The notes under the pieces: generated by a model
The model's input: only the letters and a program-made list of their open reading frames with translations
Databases searched by the model: none
Told to the model about the DNA's origin: nothing
Shown here: piece by piece, positions 31,348-42,087 of the stretch
How positions within the stretch are numbered: position 1 is the stretch's first letter
How the letters are laid out: each line of letters starts with the position of its first letter
Origin: an uncultured Lachnobacterium sp.
Lineage (GTDB): Bacteria; Bacillota; Clostridia; Lachnospirales; Lachnospiraceae
NCBI GenBank assembly: GCA_964425905.1
Contig: CAYROM010000001.1
Coordinates: forward strand, 16,671 to 80,670
Reading direction: 5' to 3'
DNA: 64,000 nt
Program-made: the position numbers and the translations under genes

Positions 31348-32544
31348 ATGCAACATGTTTTTATCGTGGGAAGTAAGGGAATTCCCGCTGCGTATGGCGG
31401 CTTTGAGACATTTGTGGAGAAGCTGACGGCAGGCCGCAAGAGTGAGCAGATATGCTATCATGTATCGCGCCTTTCGGATAAGAACGGTGAGTATAAATAT
31501 AACGGGGCGAAATGCTTTGACGTCAAAGTGCCGCATATTGGGGCTGCCAAGGCGGTGTTCTACGATGTTACGGCCCTTAAAAGGAGTATCCGTTATGTAA
31601 GACAGATACAAAAAGAACAGACATTAAAGAAAGAGGGCGCGTCATCACGCCCTGTTTTCTATGTATTGGCATGTCGGATCGGCCCCCTTGCCGGACACTT
31701 TAAGAGAAAAATCCATCGGCTGGGCGGTGTGCTGTATGTCAATCCGGACGGGCATGAGTGGAAACGCTCGAAATGGAATGCGCTGATCCGAAGATACTGG
31801 AAATTTTCGGAAAAGCGGATGGTAAAGCATGCGGATCTGCTGATCTGTGACAGCAAAAATATTCAAAGCTATATTCAAAGCCGGTATCGCAGATATCATC
31901 CGAAAACAACATATATTGCCTATGGCTCGGATACAGAAGCTTCATCGATCAAGGACGGGGATTTGAAGTTTACAAAATGGCTGGAGGAAAAGAAATTAAG
32001 CCCCCAGAACTATTATCTGGTGGTAGGAAGATTTGTTCCGGAGAATAATTTCAGAACTATATTGCGGGAATTCTTAAATTCTGATTCAACAAAAAAGCTT
32101 GCGATTGTCGCGACGCCGAACGCAGCCCTTTACAGAGAATTGGAAGAGGAACTGCATTTTTCGCAGGATTCCCGTATTTGCTTTGTCGGAACTGTGTATG
32201 ATCAGGAACTATTAAAAAAAATACGTGAGAACGCATATGGGTACTTTCATGGACATGAGGTTGGGGGAACGAACCCAAGCCTGCTGGAAGCACTTGGAAG
32301 TACAAAATTAAATCTTCTTTTAAGAGTTGGATTCAATGAAGAGGTGGCGGAGGAGGCTGCCCTCTATTGGACGAAGGAAGACGGAGACCTTGCCGCATGT
32401 ATCCATCAGGCGGATCATATGGATGAGGCCGTAAGGGACGATTATGGACAAAGGGCAAAAAAGCGCATTCTGGATGCATATAGCTGGGACTATATTGTAG
32501 ACCAGTACGAATCACTTTTCCAAAATGTGGATAGTATGGTATAA
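31348..32544 (+). CDS. DUF1972-plus-GT4 glycosyltransferase (WchF-like, putative rhamnosyl/hexosyltransferase)
   Basis: An N-terminal KGIPA.YGGFET-type DUF1972 and a C-terminal GT4 fold. Confidence 0.6.
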   Translation: MQHVFIVGSKGIPAAYGGFETFVEKLTAGRKSEQICYHVSRLSDKNGEYKYNGAKCFDVKVPHIGAAKAVFYDVTALKRSIRYVRQIQKEQTLKKEGASSRPVFYVLACRIGPLAGHFKRKIHRLGGVLYVNPDGHEWKRSKWNALIRRYWKFSEKRMVKHADLLICDSKNIQSYIQSRYRRYHPKTTYIAYGSDTEASSIKDGDLKFTKWLEEKKLSPQNYYLVVGRFVPENNFRTILREFLNSDSTKKLAIVATPNAALYRELEEELHFSQDSRICFVGTVYDQELLKKIRENAYGYFHGHEVGGTNPSLLEALGSTKLNLLLRVGFNEEVAEEAALYWTKEDGDLAACIHQADHMDEAVRDDYGQRAKKRILDAYSWDYIVDQYESLFQNVDSMV

Positions 32545-32666
32545 TGTCCGCGAAGGCAAAAGTGAGCATACGGATATATCAGCAGGCGATGCTTGCATCA
32601 GCCGGATGATAATATCGAATGCGAACGCGCCCGCGAGCCCGGAAAACCGGAGGTTTTTCGGGACTT

Positions 32667-32696
32667 TTGCCGAAGCGTCGAAAGTTATGGTATAAT
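32667..32696 (+). promoter_or_regulatory. Possible internal promoter with extended -10
   Basis: TTGCCG at 32667-32672, 18-nt spacer, TGgTATAAT ending at 32696. Lies in the 200-bp gap upstream of the GtrB-like gene. Confidence 0.4.
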
Positions 32697-32745
32697 GTCG
32701 TCAGACATTATACCGCGCGAATGCGTTAGAAGAGAAGGAGATCCG

Positions 32746-33717
32746 ATGGATATCATCACGATTGTAGTTCCGTGTTATAACGAGGAAAGCAATGTTTTGC
32801 TTTTTTATGAAAATATTCAGAAAACTGCACAGTTGATGCCGCAGGCGGACTTACGGCTTCTTTTTGTGGATGACGGCTCAAAGGATGGAACCCTTGCGGC
32901 TTTTCGGAAACTCAGAGAGCGTGATCCGATGGTGGAATATATTTCCTTTTCAAGAAATTTCGGAAAGGAAGCGGCAATTTATGCAGGTTTAAGCAATGCA
33001 AAGGGCGACTATGTGGCCATTATGGACGCGGATCTGCAGGATCCGCCATCCCTGCTGCCGGATATGTACCGGGCGGTGGCCGAGGAAGGCTTTGATTCCG
33101 CCGCAACCCGACGGGTCAGCAGAAAGGGAGAGCCGCCGATCCGTTCCTTTTTTGCGAGAAGATTCTATCATATTATGAATAAAATCAGCGATGTGGAGCT
33201 GATGGACGGCGCGCGGGACTTTCGGCTGATGAACCGGAAATATGTGAACGCCCTTTTGAGTCTTCAGGAATATAACCGCTTTTCCAAAGGCCTTTACGGG
33301 TGGGTTGGATTTAAGACGAAATGGTTTGAATATGAGAATGTGGAGCGGGTGGCAGGAGAGACAAAATGGTCTTTTTGGAAGCTGCTTAAGTATTCTCTGG
33401 ATGGGATCGTAGCCTTTTCGGAAACGCCGCTCTATATAGCGTCCGTGCTGGGGACATTGATGTGCGGGATTTCTTTCGCGGCAATCATATTTATCATTAT
33501 CCGGCAATTGGTGTATCACAATTCCGTGTACGGCTGGTCCTCCATGGTATGTATTGTTATCCTGTTGGGCGGCATACAGCTGTTGGCAATCGGTATATTG
33601 GGGCTTTACTTTTCAAAGACTTATCTTGAGGTGAAGAGAAGACCTATTTATATTTCGAATGAAGCTGCGCTGGAATGTGCAGATAAAGCATCGGATGAAT
33701 TAAAAAAGTGTGAATAA
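32746..33717 (+). CDS. Polyprenyl-phosphate glycosyltransferase (GtrB/CsbB/ArnC-like GT2 with C-terminal TM helices)
   Basis: Start ATG 32746 after GGAGA. GT2 core ITIVVPCYNEE...FVDDGSKD and two C-terminal TM helices typical of Dpm1/GtrB. Confidence 0.7.
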   Translation: MDIITIVVPCYNEESNVLLFYENIQKTAQLMPQADLRLLFVDDGSKDGTLAAFRKLRERDPMVEYISFSRNFGKEAAIYAGLSNAKGDYVAIMDADLQDPPSLLPDMYRAVAEEGFDSAATRRVSRKGEPPIRSFFARRFYHIMNKISDVELMDGARDFRLMNRKYVNALLSLQEYNRFSKGLYGWVGFKTKWFEYENVERVAGETKWSFWKLLKYSLDGIVAFSETPLYIASVLGTLMCGISFAAIIFIIIRQLVYHNSVYGWSSMVCIVILLGGIQLLAIGILGLYFSKTYLEVKRRPIYISNEAALECADKASDELKKCE

Positions 33718-33747
33718 TAAAAATATTATAACCGGAGGAATCAAAAT

Positions 33748-34929
33748 ATGAAAATTACGGTAGCGGGAACCGGATATGTAGGGCTTTCCAATGCGATTCT
33801 TTTATCTCAGAATCATGAAGTGGCGGCTCTTGATATTGTACCGGAAAAAATCGAGATGCTGAACAAACGCATTTCGCCGTTGGTAGATAAGGAAATTGAA
33901 GAGTATCTGGCGAATAAGGATTTGAATCTTTGGGCAACACTAGATGTGCAGGAAGCGTTAAAAGGGTCAGAGTTTGTTATTATTTCTACTCCCACCAATT
34001 ATGATCCGGAAAAAAATTATTTTGATACTTCATCTGTGGAGGATATTATTGAAAAAGTATTAAAGTATAATCCTGCTGCGACTATGGTAATCAAATCTAC
34101 GATTCCGGTAGGGTATACAGAGCGAATTGCGAAAAAGTACAATATTAAGAATATTTTGTTTTCACCGGAGTTTCTTCGGGAGGGGAAAGCGCTATATGAT
34201 AATTTGTACCCTTCCAGAATCATTGTCGGGCAGACCGCGGATTCCGGTATGGAAGAAAAAAGGGAACAATTTGCAGAACTTTTAAAGGAGGGTGCGATCA
34301 AGGAAGATATTCCCACTCTTCTGATGAATACTACGGAGGCAGAAGCGGTTAAGCTTTTTGCCAACACCTATCTTGCTCTTAGGATTTCCTATTTCAATGA
34401 ACTGGATACCTATGCTGAGGTGAGAGGCTTAGATACAAAGCAGATCATCCAGGGGATCGGATTGGATCCGAGAATTGGAACACACTATAACAATCCTTCC
34501 TTTGGTTATGGCGGGTATTGTCTTCCGAAAGATACAAAACAGCTTCTGGCGAATTATGCGGATGTGCCAAACAACCTGATCGGCGCAATCGTAGACGCTA
34601 ATCGTACCCGAAAGGATTTTATTGCAGATCAGATCATTGCAAAGAAGCCAGGAACCGTGGGCGTATACCGATTAACTATGAAGTCAAATTCCGACAATTT
34701 CAGGCAGTCCTCTATTCAAGGAGTCATGAAACGAATTAAAGCAAAAGGAATTCCGGTAGTTGTCTATGAACCTGCATTAAAAGAGGAGGATTTCTTCGGA
34801 TCTAAGGTGATACGAGATCTGGAAGAATTCAAACAGATATCGGATGTAATTATTGCGAACCGCATGTCGCAGGATCTTTTGGAAGTAGAGGATAAAGTCT
34901 ATACCAGAGATTTATATCACGAAGATTAG
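33748..34929 (+). CDS. ugd: UDP-glucose 6-dehydrogenase
   Basis: [14 protein letters not shown] Rossmann start and catalytic-Cys context [12 protein letters not shown]. 393 aa. Confidence 0.85.
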   Translation: MKITVAGTGYVGLSNAILLSQNHEVAALDIVPEKIEMLNKRISPLVDKEIEEYLANKDLNLWATLDVQEALKGSEFVIISTPTNYDPEKNYFDTSSVEDIIEKVLKYNPAATMVIKSTIPVGYTERIAKKYNIKNILFSPEFLREGKALYDNLYPSRIIVGQTADSGMEEKREQFAELLKEGAIKEDIPTLLMNTTEAEAVKLFANTYLALRISYFNELDTYAEVRGLDTKQIIQGIGLDPRIGTHYNNPSFGYGGYCLPKDTKQLLANYADVPNNLIGAIVDANRTRKDFIADQIIAKKPGTVGVYRLTMKSNSDNFRQSSIQGVMKRIKAKGIPVVVYEPALKEEDFFGSKVIRDLEEFKQISDVIIANRMSQDLLEVEDKVYTRDLYHED

Positions 34930-34966
34930 TAGTACATGGTTTTTCAGGATCAGAGCAAAAGAAAGG

Positions 34967-35965
34967 GTGTTTATGCCGTTTTTGAGCATTTTTTATGAAT
35001 TTGGGATTCTGCCGTTTTTGCTTGGGATGTTGTGGTGCAGAAAAAAACAGGTGATGGGATTCCACAGTATCTACGTTCATGGATATATGACAATGTTTTC
35101 GATATTTTATCTTCTCGCTGTGCCATATATCGTTATAGGGAAAAGCCTGTCCGAACTTGTCCGCGCGTGGACGATAGTATTAGTTGCAGTTCCTGTTGTG
35201 TGGCTGGTTCAAATTTGCGCACATCGGCAGACATATATAGGGCAATTGCATTATCTGATTTGCAATATAAAAATTGCAATGGAGAAACTGCGCGGGATGA
35301 TGTGCCTGCTGGCCGTGCTGATCGTTTTTTCTACTGTGTGGGTGATTCCGTCCGTTGAGGATGATGTGCCGGAAATTGTGGGTATATCTATATATACGGA
35401 CACAATGTATGTATATCAGCCATACACGCAGATTCTGTATGCAGATAATCTGAAAAAAGCGCTATCGCCGATTGAAATGCTTTATGCCGCATCAGCAAAG
35501 ATTGCAAATATGGATTCAACGGTTATGATTCACATGTGTGTACCGATTTTTTTGATACCATTGTATGGGGCTGTTGGTTGGATGGTTTCAGAGTATTTCT
35601 TTAAGGATAGACTTCGAAATAGGAGTCTGTTTGAGATGCTTTGGATGATTACGGGTACTGCTGCGGTATGCTCAGTAAGGGCGCTTTCTATTGGGATATT
35701 GATGAACTCGTGGAATGGACTTACTTTGATTTCGGAATGCATACTGCCGATTGCCTTGATCGAAGGATTCGCGCTTTATGACGGGATCGTAAATCGAAAA
35801 AAAATTGATCATCAGAAGTTTTTATTTATAGTTATGATAATGATCGCGGCACAGCTTACGGTGGAAAAAGGAATGTTCTTAACATTGGCTATTATGGCGG
35901 TATGTCTGGGAATGGCATTGATTCGAAAAGGGTATAAGAATGTCGGCGTTATTCGAAAGCATTAG
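34967..35965 (+). CDS. Hypothetical polytopic membrane protein (first half of paralogous pair A)
   Basis: ~9 TM segments. Weak but consistent similarity to the 50081 protein. Confidence 0.45.
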   Translation: MFMPFLSIFYEFGILPFLLGMLWCRKKQVMGFHSIYVHGYMTMFSIFYLLAVPYIVIGKSLSELVRAWTIVLVAVPVVWLVQICAHRQTYIGQLHYLICNIKIAMEKLRGMMCLLAVLIVFSTVWVIPSVEDDVPEIVGISIYTDTMYVYQPYTQILYADNLKKALSPIEMLYAASAKIANMDSTVMIHMCVPIFLIPLYGAVGWMVSEYFFKDRLRNRSLFEMLWMITGTAAVCSVRALSIGILMNSWNGLTLISECILPIALIEGFALYDGIVNRKKIDHQKFLFIVMIMIAAQLTVEKGMFLTLAIMAVCLGMALIRKGYKNVGVIRKH

Positions 35966-36647
35966 GCTAGCCTGGAATAGTTACAGCATGACGACAATAA
36001 ATATGATTCTTTATTGGCTGGCTATGGTGTGGCTGTTCCTATTTGAAAAGAAGAAAAAAGAGAATATATTGTTTTGGTATGCTGCTTTTATTCCGGTTAT
36101 GCTGCTTTTAATGCAAATATCATGCTTTTATCTTTTACCGGGACGTTCTCTCGGGAAAATGTTCCTGCTGTTGCCCGTGGGGATTCTTATGAGTTACACC
36201 GCTGTAAGAATTGCGGAAAGCGGCAGGGGAACAAAAAAGACATGGATAATTGTGCTCCTCTATGCTATAATGATTCAAGCCGGAATTACAATGAGATATA
36301 ACAGTTCTGTATTGCAGGGAGGGCTGAACTGCTATAAGATTTCTCCAAGCGTGGAATGGATGGCATATTACATCGGAGAAGATGAAAAGCTGAATGAGCC
36401 CTATGTGCTTGCTCCGAGTCAGATTGCCAGTCAGATTCAGGAATATGATGCGAGCATCAGGGTGGCATATGGGGAAGGGTATTCATATACGGGGAAAGAT
36501 CTTGACGAACTTTTGACGGAAATGGATTCCGTTGGATGCAACTGCCTGATCGTTAGATATGATGAGGAAAAAGAGGAATACATTAAGCATAAGGGTTACC
36601 GTTTGATTGTGATCCATGATAATTACGCAATATATGCGAGGAAATAG
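35940..36647 (+). CDS. Hypothetical membrane protein with soluble C-terminal domain (second half of pair A)
   Basis: N-terminal TMs and a C-terminal domain that aligns with the 51149 product. Overlaps 34967 by 26 nt in a different frame. Confidence 0.45.
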   Translation: MSALFESIRLAWNSYSMTTINMILYWLAMVWLFLFEKKKKENILFWYAAFIPVMLLLMQISCFYLLPGRSLGKMFLLLPVGILMSYTAVRIAESGRGTKKTWIIVLLYAIMIQAGITMRYNSSVLQGGLNCYKISPSVEWMAYYIGEDEKLNEPYVLAPSQIASQIQEYDASIRVAYGEGYSYTGKDLDELLTEMDSVGCNCLIVRYDEEKEEYIKHKGYRLIVIHDNYAIYARK

Positions 36648-36649
36648 AA

Positions 36650-38527
36650 ATGAAAAGAGAAAAGATGAAATTTCATGAAAAACAGCTTCTGACAAGAAGA
36701 ATGATGTTAGGATTTTATGATATTGTGGCGGTAATTGCTTCCACATATTTTGCACTTTTGGCAAGATTTGATCTTTCAATGGTCGAAATTCCACCGGTAT
36801 ATTTAAATACGGCCTTAGATGCGCTAGTCCCCAATATAATTATTACATTGATCGTTTTTTATTTCTTTCGTCTGTATACAAGCCTATGGACTTATGCCGG
36901 AAGCACGGAGCTTATGTATATGATCGGCGGCTGTTTTATGGATACGTTTGTAAGCATGCTGTTTATCTTGTTACAGAATCGGGGGATTGCCAGCCCAATG
37001 CCGAGAAGTTATTATCTGTTCTACGGGGTTAGCCTGCTGGCGTTTACATTTGTAAGTAGATATTTTTACCGTCTGGCCCGTCTGTTTAAACGTGTCAAAA
37101 CAAATGATAAAAACAAGAAAAATGTACTCATAGTGGGCGCCGGAGAGGCAGGGGATGCCATTGTCAAAGAAATTAAAGACAGCAATTATATCGATTTAAA
37201 TATCGTTGGTCTGATAGATGATAATCCGAACAAACTTGGTAAATACATGCATGGGATCAAGGTCGTCGGATCGAGAGAAGCTATTCCGGAGGTCGCGGAG
37301 AGACTGAAGGTACAGGAGATCATTATTGCAATTCCGACGGCAACGGCACAGCAGATGAAGGATATCTTGGAAATCTGCAAGAGTACATGCTGTGAACTGA
37401 AACGTTTGCCGGGCATGTATCAGCTGGTAAACGGCGAGGTAAGTATCAGCAAATTAAAAGATGTCGATGTAAACGATCTGCTTGGGAGGGATCCGATCCG
37501 TGTTGATCTGGATTCGATTATGGGTTATGTTGCAGGAAAGGTGATACTTGTCACCGGAGGCGGCGGAACCATCGGAAGCGAACTTTGCCGCCAGATTGCA
37601 TCCCATAAGCCCAAACAGCTTATTATTTTTGATATTTATGAGAATTCTACTTATGATATTCAATTAGAGTTAAAACATAATTTTCCGGACCTTGATCTGG
37701 TGGTTGCCATTGGCTCGGTGCGCAATACACAGCGCGTAGACTGGCTTTTTTCCACATATCGTCCGGAGATCGTCTACCATGCGGCGGCGCATAAGCATGT
37801 TCCCCTTATGGAGGACAGTCCGAATGAAGCGATCAAGAATAATGTACTTGGAACATGGAAGATTGTGAAAGCTTCTGACCAGTATCGCGTGAAACGTTTC
37901 GTGATGATCTCTACTGATAAAGCGGTAAATCCGACGAATATCATGGGAGCGAGCAAGCGTATCTGTGAGATGATTATTCAGACTTATAATAATCATTCTC
38001 AGACAGAGTATGTTGCGGTTCGGTTTGGCAATGTTTTGGGAAGCAACGGAAGCGTTATTCCGATCTTTAAGAAACAAATTGCAGAAGGGGGACCGGTTAC
38101 CGTCACCCACCCGGATATCATTCGATATTTTATGACAATACCGGAGGCTGTTTCCCTTGTGCTTCAGGCCGGAGCTTATGCCAAAGGCGGAGAGATTTTT
38201 GTACTCGACATGGGGGAACCGGTCAAGATCCTTGATCTGGCAACGAACCTCATTCTTCTATCCGGTCATAAGCCAAACGAAGACATCATGATCGAATTCA
38301 CCGGACTTCGTCCCGGAGAGAAATTGTATGAAGAAATGCTGATGGATGAGGAAGGACTGCAGAATACGGCGAATAAACTGATTCATATCGGTAAGCCGAT
38401 TGAAATGGATGAGGAAAAATTTTTAGAGGAATTGCAGGAATTAGCAGACTATGTGGTCAAAGAACCTTCTGATATCCGGGCATGGGTACAGAAAATCGTT
38501 CCCACGTACGTTCCTGCTCAGAAGTAG
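36650..38527 (+). CDS. Polysaccharide biosynthesis protein CapD/WbpM/PglF family (membrane-anchored NDP-sugar 4,6-dehydratase)
   Basis: N-terminal TMs, then two Rossmann regions (LIVGAGEAG and LVTGGGGTIGSEL), then the SDR catalytic region. Confidence 0.8.
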   Translation: MKREKMKFHEKQLLTRRMMLGFYDIVAVIASTYFALLARFDLSMVEIPPVYLNTALDALVPNIIITLIVFYFFRLYTSLWTYAGSTELMYMIGGCFMDTFVSMLFILLQNRGIASPMPRSYYLFYGVSLLAFTFVSRYFYRLARLFKRVKTNDKNKKNVLIVGAGEAGDAIVKEIKDSNYIDLNIVGLIDDNPNKLGKYMHGIKVVGSREAIPEVAERLKVQEIIIAIPTATAQQMKDILEICKSTCCELKRLPGMYQLVNGEVSISKLKDVDVNDLLGRDPIRVDLDSIMGYVAGKVILVTGGGGTIGSELCRQIASHKPKQLIIFDIYENSTYDIQLELKHNFPDLDLVVAIGSVRNTQRVDWLFSTYRPEIVYHAAAHKHVPLMEDSPNEAIKNNVLGTWKIVKASDQYRVKRFVMISTDKAVNPTNIMGASKRICEMIIQTYNNHSQTEYVAVRFGNVLGSNGSVIPIFKKQIAEGGPVTVTHPDIIRYFMTIPEAVSLVLQAGAYAKGGEIFVLDMGEPVKILDLATNLILLSGHKPNEDIMIEFTGLRPGEKLYEEMLMDEEGLQNTANKLIHIGKPIEMDEEKFLEELQELADYVVKEPSDIRAWVQKIVPTYVPAQK

Positions 38528-38538
38528 AATTTGGAGAT

Positions 38539-39180
38539 ATGAAAATGGAATTTTCAACATCACAAAAAGTATATAGTGTGGTTAAGCGCTGTATGGATTT
38601 TTTGTTTGCACTGATTGGAGTGATTTTGTTAAGCTGGCTGCTGCTGATTTTATGTGTTGCCATTAAAATTGACAGCAGAGGGCCGGTTTTGTTTAAACAG
38701 AAGAGGGTTGGAATACATAAGACACATTTTTTGATATTAAAATTTCGCACCATGAAAATTGATACACCGAAGGATATGCCGACGCATATGCTGGAGAATC
38801 CGGATCAGTATATTACACGGGTGGGAAAGTTCCTTCGCAAGAGCAGTCTGGATGAATTGCCGCAGATTTTTAATATTCTTATGGGAAAGATGAGCATCGT
38901 GGGACCTCGGCCGGCATTGTGGAATCAATTTGATTTAATCGAGGAGCGGGATAAATACGGAGCAAATGACGTTACTCCCGGAATGACCGGGTGGGCTCAG
39001 GTAAACGGCCGCGATGAGTTGGAAATTCCGGTAAAGGCAAGGCTGGACGGCTATTATGTGCAGCATTATGGGTTTGGCATGGATGTAAAGTGCTTCTTTA
39101 AGACAATTGCCGCGGTTCTATCCCGTGATGGAATAGTGGAAGGCGGTACAGGCAATCGGAAGAATGAGGAACAGAAATGA
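38539..39180 (+). CDS. Small monotopic phosphoglycosyltransferase (PglC/WcaJ-C-terminal type sugar transferase)
   Basis: Single N-terminal TM, then [37 protein letters not shown]. Start ATG 38539 after GGAGA. Confidence 0.8.
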   Translation: MKMEFSTSQKVYSVVKRCMDFLFALIGVILLSWLLLILCVAIKIDSRGPVLFKQKRVGIHKTHFLILKFRTMKIDTPKDMPTHMLENPDQYITRVGKFLRKSSLDELPQIFNILMGKMSIVGPRPALWNQFDLIEERDKYGANDVTPGMTGWAQVNGRDELEIPVKARLDGYYVQHYGFGMDVKCFFKTIAAVLSRDGIVEGGTGNRKNEEQK

Positions 39181-40088
39181 AGCGAATACTGATAACAGGA
39201 GCCAACAGTTATGTTGGCACCTCATTTGAAAAGTGGATGCAGCAGTATGCAGAGTATGAAGTTGATACAATTGATATGATTGATGGGGAGTGGCGTAATA
39301 AAAGTTTTTCAGGACATTATGCCATTTTTCACGTTGCGGGCTTGGCACATGCCGACATTACAAATGTCTCGGATGAGGTGAAGGAAAAATATTATGCCAT
39401 CAATTGTGATATGGCAATCGAGACTGCAAAAAAGGCAAAGGCGGACGGCGTGCAGCAGTTTATTTTTATGAGCAGCATGTCGGTTTACGGGGAGAGCGCC
39501 CCGGTGGGAAAGCAGCGGATTATTACCGCAGATACGCCAGCCTCTCCGGCGAATTTTTACGGGGACAGTAAGGTTCAGGCGGAAAAGGGTCTGCTGGAAT
39601 TAAATGATGTGTCGTTTAAGGTTGTCATTCTAAGGCCGCCGATGGTGTATGGAAAGGGGAGCAAAGGAAACTTTCCCACGCTGGAAAAGTTTGCAAAAAC
39701 ACTTCCGGTCTTTCCGTCAATAAAAAACGAGCGTTCTATGATCTTTGTCAATAATCTCTGCGAATTTGTGCATTTAGCGATTGAGCGCGAGATTAGCGGA
39801 ATTTTTTATCCACAGAATGCAGAATATGTAGTGACTGCTAAAATGGTAGAAAAAATAGCTGCTGAGCACCACAAACACATTTGGGTAACGCCTGTTTTTA
39901 ACTGGGCGATCTATTTGATCTCAAGAACACCGGGACAATACGGAAAATTGTGCAACAAAGCATTTGGGAGCTTGGTTTATGAAAAGGATTTGTCAGAGGG
40001 ACCGATCAAGGTTTCCGAGTACCAGACGGTAAGCTTTGAGGAATCTATAAGACTTACCAGAGCAGATGAAGAGGAAAGAGTCAAATGA
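39177..40088 (+). CDS. NAD-dependent epimerase/dehydratase family protein
   Basis: [14 protein letters not shown] Rossmann start. 303 aa SDR-extended. Confidence 0.65.
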   Translation: MKRILITGANSYVGTSFEKWMQQYAEYEVDTIDMIDGEWRNKSFSGHYAIFHVAGLAHADITNVSDEVKEKYYAINCDMAIETAKKAKADGVQQFIFMSSMSVYGESAPVGKQRIITADTPASPANFYGDSKVQAEKGLLELNDVSFKVVILRPPMVYGKGSKGNFPTLEKFAKTLPVFPSIKNERSMIFVNNLCEFVHLAIEREISGIFYPQNAEYVVTAKMVEKIAAEHHKHIWVTPVFNWAIYLISRTPGQYGKLCNKAFGSLVYEKDLSEGPIKVSEYQTVSFEESIRLTRADEEERVK

Positions 40089-40834
40089 GCGACAGGCGGG
40101 ATATTCTGGTCAGTATCGTTACGGTATGCTACAATAGTGAGGCGACCATTCGGGACACGCTGGAATCGGTGTTGAACCAGACATATACGAACATTGAATA
40201 TATCATTGTAGATGGGGGATCATCTGACGGCACGATGAGAATCGTCGAGGAGTATCGAAGGCGGTTTGAGCAGAGAGGCATGCGTTACGTTGTTTCGAGT
40301 GAGCCGGATCAGGGAATCTACGATGCCATGAATAAGGGAACAGGGAAAGCCACAGGAAAGCTGGTTGGTATTTTAAACAGCGATGACTGGTATGAACCGA
40401 TTGCGGTTGAGAGGGTTGCGGACACTTTTGAAAAGACGGGCTTTGACATGTTTTATGCGGATCTTCGACTGGTGAAAGAAAACGGTGAGATGATCAAGCA
40501 TTCCAGATACCGCAAATTTGCCACGAGCAGGGATTGGAATCATCCGACCACCTTTTTGAGAAGAGAGATATACGACCGGTTTCAGTATGCGTGTGAGACG
40601 ATACATGATGATTGGGATCTGGTTTTGAAGGTAAGAAACGCCGGATATAAAATTGTTGTCCTGAATGAGGTTCTCGCCAATTTCCGCGTAGGAGGGGAGA
40701 GCAATAACGGCGGATTAAAAAAGGCGATCAAGCGCTGCAAACAGCGATATGCAATCTATCGAAAAAACAACATGAGCCGATGGTATCTGGTTGAGTGTAT
40801 TGCAATCGAGGCAGCGAAGATGATACTTCGATAA
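40085..40834 (+). CDS. Family 2 glycosyltransferase
   Basis: VSIVTVCYNSEATI...YIIVDGGSSDGT. Confidence 0.75.
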   Translation: MSDRRDILVSIVTVCYNSEATIRDTLESVLNQTYTNIEYIIVDGGSSDGTMRIVEEYRRRFEQRGMRYVVSSEPDQGIYDAMNKGTGKATGKLVGILNSDDWYEPIAVERVADTFEKTGFDMFYADLRLVKENGEMIKHSRYRKFATSRDWNHPTTFLRREIYDRFQYACETIHDDWDLVLKVRNAGYKIVVLNEVLANFRVGGESNNGGLKKAIKRCKQRYAIYRKNNMSRWYLVECIAIEAAKMILR

Positions 40835-40857
40835 TGATTTTAATTAAAGGAACCGCT

Positions 40858-42087
40858 ATGAAAATTGTTGCAAATATCAAAAATCCCCTTTCAACACTGA
40901 CGTTTGAAAGGAAGACAATTTCATATAGTAATGTTCTGGATACGGTACTGGAACTTTTCCTCTATGTAAACTGCTTCTTTCCGTTCCTGAAATTTATATA
41001 TTTTGGATCGGATACGCAGCCCTATGCGATGCTGTTCGGGTTTTTGATCACCGTCATATATATATGGAGAGAGCGTACCATGCCGAAGGAAGCAGTACTG
41101 CTTCTGCTCTGTGGTATATTTATGGGAGCATTTGCGCTCACCGGATTAAATCAGATCAGCACATATATGGTATTCCGCAGTTATTCTGCATATGTAACTC
41201 TTATGTTTGTTCCAATTGGAACATTCCTTATAATGAAAAAAAGGGGTGGTCTAAATGAATTGTTTGCCAAGTGCTGTATTTGGTTTTGGTTTTTGGTTGG
41301 TTTTATACAAAAATGGGTTGATAGCGAATTTGGTTATGTGTTGACGGTGAGACATACGACTGGATTAACTCGTGGTGTAGTAAGTATGGCACCCGAGCCG
41401 TCTACGTACGGATATATGTGTATGTTTATGCTGCTAATTGCAATGGGATTTCAAAAAAAACGTTTGCTGTATGCGGCATTGTTGCTTACTCAGATATGTG
41501 TATTTGCAAATTCGTCAATAACACTTGTATACCTTGCGGTTTATGCTGGAACATTTGTATTTGGTGAAATAGTGCAAGCCAAAAAGTTTACTCTTTTGAA
41601 AATTGTTTTATTGGTCGGCTGTGTAGTTGCGGGGATTTACATTGTTCGAAATTACGTTCCACAGTCTAATCGCATCCGAATTCTTGTGGATTATGCATTT
41701 GATGATCCATCAAAATTCATTAATGATGGAAGTATTCAGATCCGAATCAATGAAATAGCTGAGACGTTTGGAGGATTTTGGTCCAATAATGGAATACCGC
41801 ATGGATTGAGCGCTTATAAGTATATGAGCGGTATAGGTTTGGTATTGCTCGAAGCTGGATGGTTTGGTGTTTTTATATTGGTTGTGGTTGCAGTAATTGT
41901 TTGGGGCGCATATCCAAGGAAAAATCGCCTGATGTATACGCTGGGGCTTATGCTTATGATGGTATCCGCAATTCCGTTTTCGGCGCCGCTATTTTGCTTT
42001 TATCTTGGAATGTGTTTGTACAATGGATGGGTAATGAAAAATAAAAAGTTGGAGGCGCAGCGAATTGAAGGTTCTTTGGATATGTAA
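40858..42087 (+). CDS. Wzy-like oligosaccharide repeat-unit polymerase / O-antigen-ligase-family membrane protein
   Basis: 10-12 TM segments with a large loop and no catalytic soluble domain. AT-rich. Confidence 0.5.
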   Translation: MKIVANIKNPLSTLTFERKTISYSNVLDTVLELFLYVNCFFPFLKFIYFGSDTQPYAMLFGFLITVIYIWRERTMPKEAVLLLLCGIFMGAFALTGLNQISTYMVFRSYSAYVTLMFVPIGTFLIMKKRGGLNELFAKCCIWFWFLVGFIQKWVDSEFGYVLTVRHTTGLTRGVVSMAPEPSTYGYMCMFMLLIAMGFQKKRLLYAALLLTQICVFANSSITLVYLAVYAGTFVFGEIVQAKKFTLLKIVLLVGCVVAGIYIVRNYVPQSNRIRILVDYAFDDPSKFINDGSIQIRINEIAETFGGFWSNNGIPHGLSAYKYMSGIGLVLLEAGWFGVFILVVVAVIVWGAYPRKNRLMYTLGLMLMMVSAIPFSAPLFCFYLGMCLYNGWVMKNKKLEAQRIEGSLDM

